Below, in pieces: positions 61,952-64,000 of a stretch of DNA of 64,000 nt. Source of the DNA: an uncultured bacterium. GTDB lineage: Bacteria; Patescibacteriota; Gracilibacteria; Absconditabacterales; Absconditicoccaceae. The translations under genes and the position numbers were made by a program. The DNA lies in contig CALMEO010000055.1 in NCBI GenBank assembly GCA_937862935.1, positions 19,927 through 83,926 of the forward strand. Direction: 5' to 3'. Below the pieces are notes generated by a model. That model worked only from the letters and a program-made list of their open reading frames with translations. It was not told the origin of the DNA and ran no database searches. How positions within the stretch are numbered: position 1 is the first letter of the stretch; each line of letters starts with the position of its first letter.

Positions 61952-62079
61952 TCAAAATTTACCTCAGAGAGGATAAGTTGTGAGGCTACCGTACCTTGGC
62001 ACTTACAACCGTAATGGGGACTTGCAAGGTCTTTAATCCCAAGAGTAAAAGGACGTGAGGGATTGGGTAAATTTTTAAC

Positions 62080-62151
62080 TGCTACCGTCGTCTAACGGCT
62101 AGGACATAACACTTTCACTGTTAAAAAGAGGGTTCGATTCCCTTCGGTAGT
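62080..62151 (+). tRNA. tRNA-Glu(UUC)
   Basis: Acceptor GCTACCG/CGGTAGT, D arm GTCT..GGAC, stem TAACA/TGTTA, loop CT-TTC-AC. Confidence 0.85.
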
Positions 62152-62218
62152 ACAATGTACTTTTTTCATAATTGATTTATTTAATGTAAATTGATATTTA
62201 TTTTTAAATAAATCAATT

Positions 62219-63769
62219 ATGAAGAAGTTAATTACATTAATTTTGTTAATACTTACAACATTAACATACAGTCAAAATAACCTGGTGGTTGATTATTCAC
62301 CAAGTTCTGAAGTAATTGCAAACCCTGAGAGAGGTTTTCACAAATTTACAGAAACCACTTCTACAAGTTACAGTTTTCTTAATCAAACTAGTTTAAATGG
62401 GTACAGAACAGGTGTTGATAAAATTACCATGGTCTATAGAGGGTTTTACCTAGAGAGTTTCATGAATTCATCAATAAGTCAAGCATACTTAAGTAATATG
62501 CAAACAGACTTTAGTACTTTGAGAAATGCTGGGGTAAAAGCAACTATTAGGTTTGGGTATTACACAAGTTCACAAACAGGACCATACCAACCGTCTAAAG
62601 CACAGATAATATCACATATACAACAGTTAGCTCCAATTATAAACTCCAATAAAGATGTTATACTTTCTATTCAAATAGGGTTTATTGGTAGATGGGGCGA
62701 GTATTATTATACAAATTCAACAGAGTTTGGAAATGGAGACTATACAGCATATACATCACTACAATGGCAAAATAGGAAAGAAGTTTTAGATGCATGTTTT
62801 AGTAATTTTGACAGTTCTATTTTTATACAGTTAAGATACCCTTATGCTAAAACAAAAATGTATGGAAACGTTTACATTCCAAGACTGGGGTATTTTAATG
62901 ATGCTTTTTTAAATGTATATGGTGATGAAGGGTTTTTTCCTATTTGTCAAACATGTACTCCAAGTCAGTCTCAAATAAATGAGGTGATTCTGCAGACGGA
63001 AAACAATCCAATGACGGGTGAAACAAACTCAGTAAATTCCCTGACAAATGGAACAAATGCAATAACACAAATGGATTTGTTTAATTGGAGTATAATAAAT
63101 AGAGATTATTATCCGCAAGCGATACAACAGTGGCAGACTGATGGAAGTTTTAGTACTATAATTAATAGGCTTGGTTATAGGTTTAAATTAAATAAAGGAA
63201 TCTATTACCTAAATAATAATGTTTTAGATGTAAATATTTCAACTTCTAATGAAGGTTTTTCAAAAATACTTAAAGAAAAGAATGTTAACATTATTTTAAA
63301 GAGTAGTTTAAATACCTATTACTTTCCATTAGAATATAATGTTAAGAATTGGGGAAATAACATCATAGAAAGTATAAATATTTCCGGGATAATAGATGGA
63401 GTGTATAATGTATATTTAGAGATAGTTGACAAAGATTTACCCAACAATGTTAACTATAAAGTACATTTAGCTAACTCTAACATATGGGATTCAGTTAATG
63501 GATACAATGATTTGAAGTTTACCATAAACAAATCCGGTTCAGGTAGTTTAGGAAATGTGTTAAATTCAATTCCCACTTTAAATGTATATCCAAATCCAAC
63601 TACAGGTATTGTGTATTTACCTTATAAGCTAAGTTATAAGGTGTATAACAGTAATAACAAACTTATAAAAAGTGGTACAGGTACACAGGTTAATATTTCA
63701 AATAAACCGAATGGTATTTACTTTTTAAAGATAGAAGGATTTCAAACAATAAAGATAATCAAACAGTAA
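62219..63769 (+). CDS. secreted DUF4874/DUF4832-like putative glycoside hydrolase with T9SS C-terminal sorting domain
   Basis: Signal peptide MKKLITLILLILTTLTYSQ; NPERGF and GFIGRWGEYYY motifs; C-terminus LNVYPNPTTGIVYL...NGIYFLKIEGFQTIKIIKQ. Confidence 0.65.
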   Translation: MKKLITLILLILTTLTYSQNNLVVDYSPSSEVIANPERGFHKFTETTSTSYSFLNQTSLNGYRTGVDKITMVYRGFYLESFMNSSISQAYLSNMQTDFSTLRNAGVKATIRFGYYTSSQTGPYQPSKAQIISHIQQLAPIINSNKDVILSIQIGFIGRWGEYYYTNSTEFGNGDYTAYTSLQWQNRKEVLDACFSNFDSSIFIQLRYPYAKTKMYGNVYIPRLGYFNDAFLNVYGDEGFFPICQTCTPSQSQINEVILQTENNPMTGETNSVNSLTNGTNAITQMDLFNWSIINRDYYPQAIQQWQTDGSFSTIINRLGYRFKLNKGIYYLNNNVLDVNISTSNEGFSKILKEKNVNIILKSSLNTYYFPLEYNVKNWGNNIIESINISGIIDGVYNVYLEIVDKDLPNNVNYKVHLANSNIWDSVNGYNDLKFTINKSGSGSLGNVLNSIPTLNVYPNPTTGIVYLPYKLSYKVYNSNNKLIKSGTGTQVNISNKPNGIYFLKIEGFQTIKIIKQ

Positions 63770-63837
63770 TTAAACCATATACCGGTTTTAATAATACATT
63801 GAAAGCATGTAGAATTGAAGTCGAGGTACTGTAAAAT

Positions 63838-63910
63838 GGGTCGGTAGCATAAATGGCAAATGCGCTTGATTTGCAATCAGGAAGATTGGGTTCGAATCCC
63901 ACCGTATCCA
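63838..63910 (+). tRNA. tRNA-Ala(UGC) with an imperfect acceptor stem
   Basis: G1-C72, G2-C71, G3.U70 and U4-A69 are present; the inner acceptor pairs need a bulged T; D arm GCAT..ATGC; loop TT-TGC-AA. Confidence 0.65.
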
Positions 63911-63955
63911 CTGTAGACTTTTTGAAAAGTTAGCCTATTTATTTAAAAAATAGAT
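63911..63955 (+). repeat. conserved GIY-YIG 5' flank, copy 3 (after tRNA-Ala)
   Basis: CTGTAGACTTTTTGAAAAGTTAGCCTATTTATT... Confidence 0.9.
63935..63942 (+). promoter_or_regulatory. CTATTTAT box
   Basis: 14 nt upstream of the GIY-YIG ATG 63956. Confidence 0.5.
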
Positions 63956-64000
63956 ATGGCTAATTTCAAAGAGAATAAAAAGTACCACTACACGTATAAG
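63956..64000 (+). CDS. GIY-YIG homing endonuclease, 5' fragment (runs off the window)
   Basis: MANFKENKKYHYTYK, same N-terminus and same 45-bp upstream block as 56361 and 59619. Confidence 0.75.
   Translation, partial: MANFKENKKYHYTYK

Noticed and set aside
55078-62014. Track ORFs 55078..55326, 57542..57742, 57902..58087(-) and 61820..62014
   Set aside because: They run straight through well-folding tRNA genes (Ser/Gln, Asn, Ile/Ser, Thr/Gly). They are artefacts of stop-free tRNA sequence.
54300-62160. Suppressor tRNA (anticodon UCA, CUA or UUA) or tRNA-Sec that could decode the in-frame TGA at 54139
   Set aside because: None of the 23 foldable tRNAs has such an anticodon, and tRNA-Trp is plain CCA. 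The 113-nt tRNA-like gene has no TCA triplet in its central domain and lacks the 8-bp acceptor and 6-bp D stem of tRNA-Sec. I could not assign anticodons to the two aberrant genes, so this is not fully excluded.
1-64000. Lysogeny module, integrase, toxin-antitoxin or recognisable defence/anti-defence system
   Set aside because: I recognised no tyrosine or serine recombinase, repressor or known defence-system motifs in any ORF. The many nucleases are best explained as homing endonucleases or replication and repair enzymes. Their absence cannot be proven without profile searches.

Overview
This window is an AT-rich, tightly packed segment of a tailed dsDNA phage genome. All credible genes and all tRNAs lie on the + strand. 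It is a contractile-tailed phage, because sheath and tube genes are present.

Gene order:
- 1-7.9 kb: replication and nucleotide-metabolism accessory genes (primase TOPRIM domain, RecB/Cas4-like nuclease, two HExxH proteins, deoxyribonucleotidase-like protein, GNAT).
- 7.9-39 kb: morphogenesis module (terminase large subunit, portal, prohead protease, scaffold, major capsid, PhoH, structural proteins, fibre-like protein, sheath, tube, chaperone, tape measure, LysM and baseplate-region proteins).
- 39-54 kb: replication and nucleotide-metabolism module (compact family-A DNA polymerase, gp32-like SSB, RecA-like ATPase, FEN/RNase H, DnaB-like helicase, NrdB, NrdA, thioredoxin, QueC-like protein).
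- 54.3-64 kb: a tRNA island. I could fold 23 tRNAs by hand, covering 19 amino acids (Asp was not found). Two further tRNA-like genes are aberrant.
- 62.2-63.8 kb: a secreted protein with an N-terminal signal peptide and a Bacteroidota T9SS C-terminal sorting domain. Together with the absence of Shine-Dalgarno sequences, this points to a Flavobacteriia/Bacteroidota host.

The region is heavily colonised by homing-endonuclease-like genes. There are 10 in 64 kb: 6 GIY-YIG, 2 HNH and 2 Vsr/PD-(D/E)XK-like.

Most notable observations:
1. The terminase gene is fractured by an atypically split intein (30-aa IntN, 108-aa IntC) with a free-standing nuclease gene between the halves.
2. A phage-specific CTATTTAT box sits 13-23 nt upstream of most start codons. 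At five endonuclease genes it lies in the loop of a hairpin whose 3' arm abuts the ATG.
3. Both tRNA-Leu genes have lost the long variable arm.
4. No tRNA encodes CCA, and nearly all carry a conserved C-A-A-A-A trailer.
5. There is a candidate +1 frameshift in the tail chaperone gene.
6. A 25-aa leader ending in L-x-E is shared by unrelated proteins.

All functional calls rest on motifs I recognise by eye. No database search, tRNAscan or structure prediction was possible. Hand-counted coordinates may be off by 1-2 nt.
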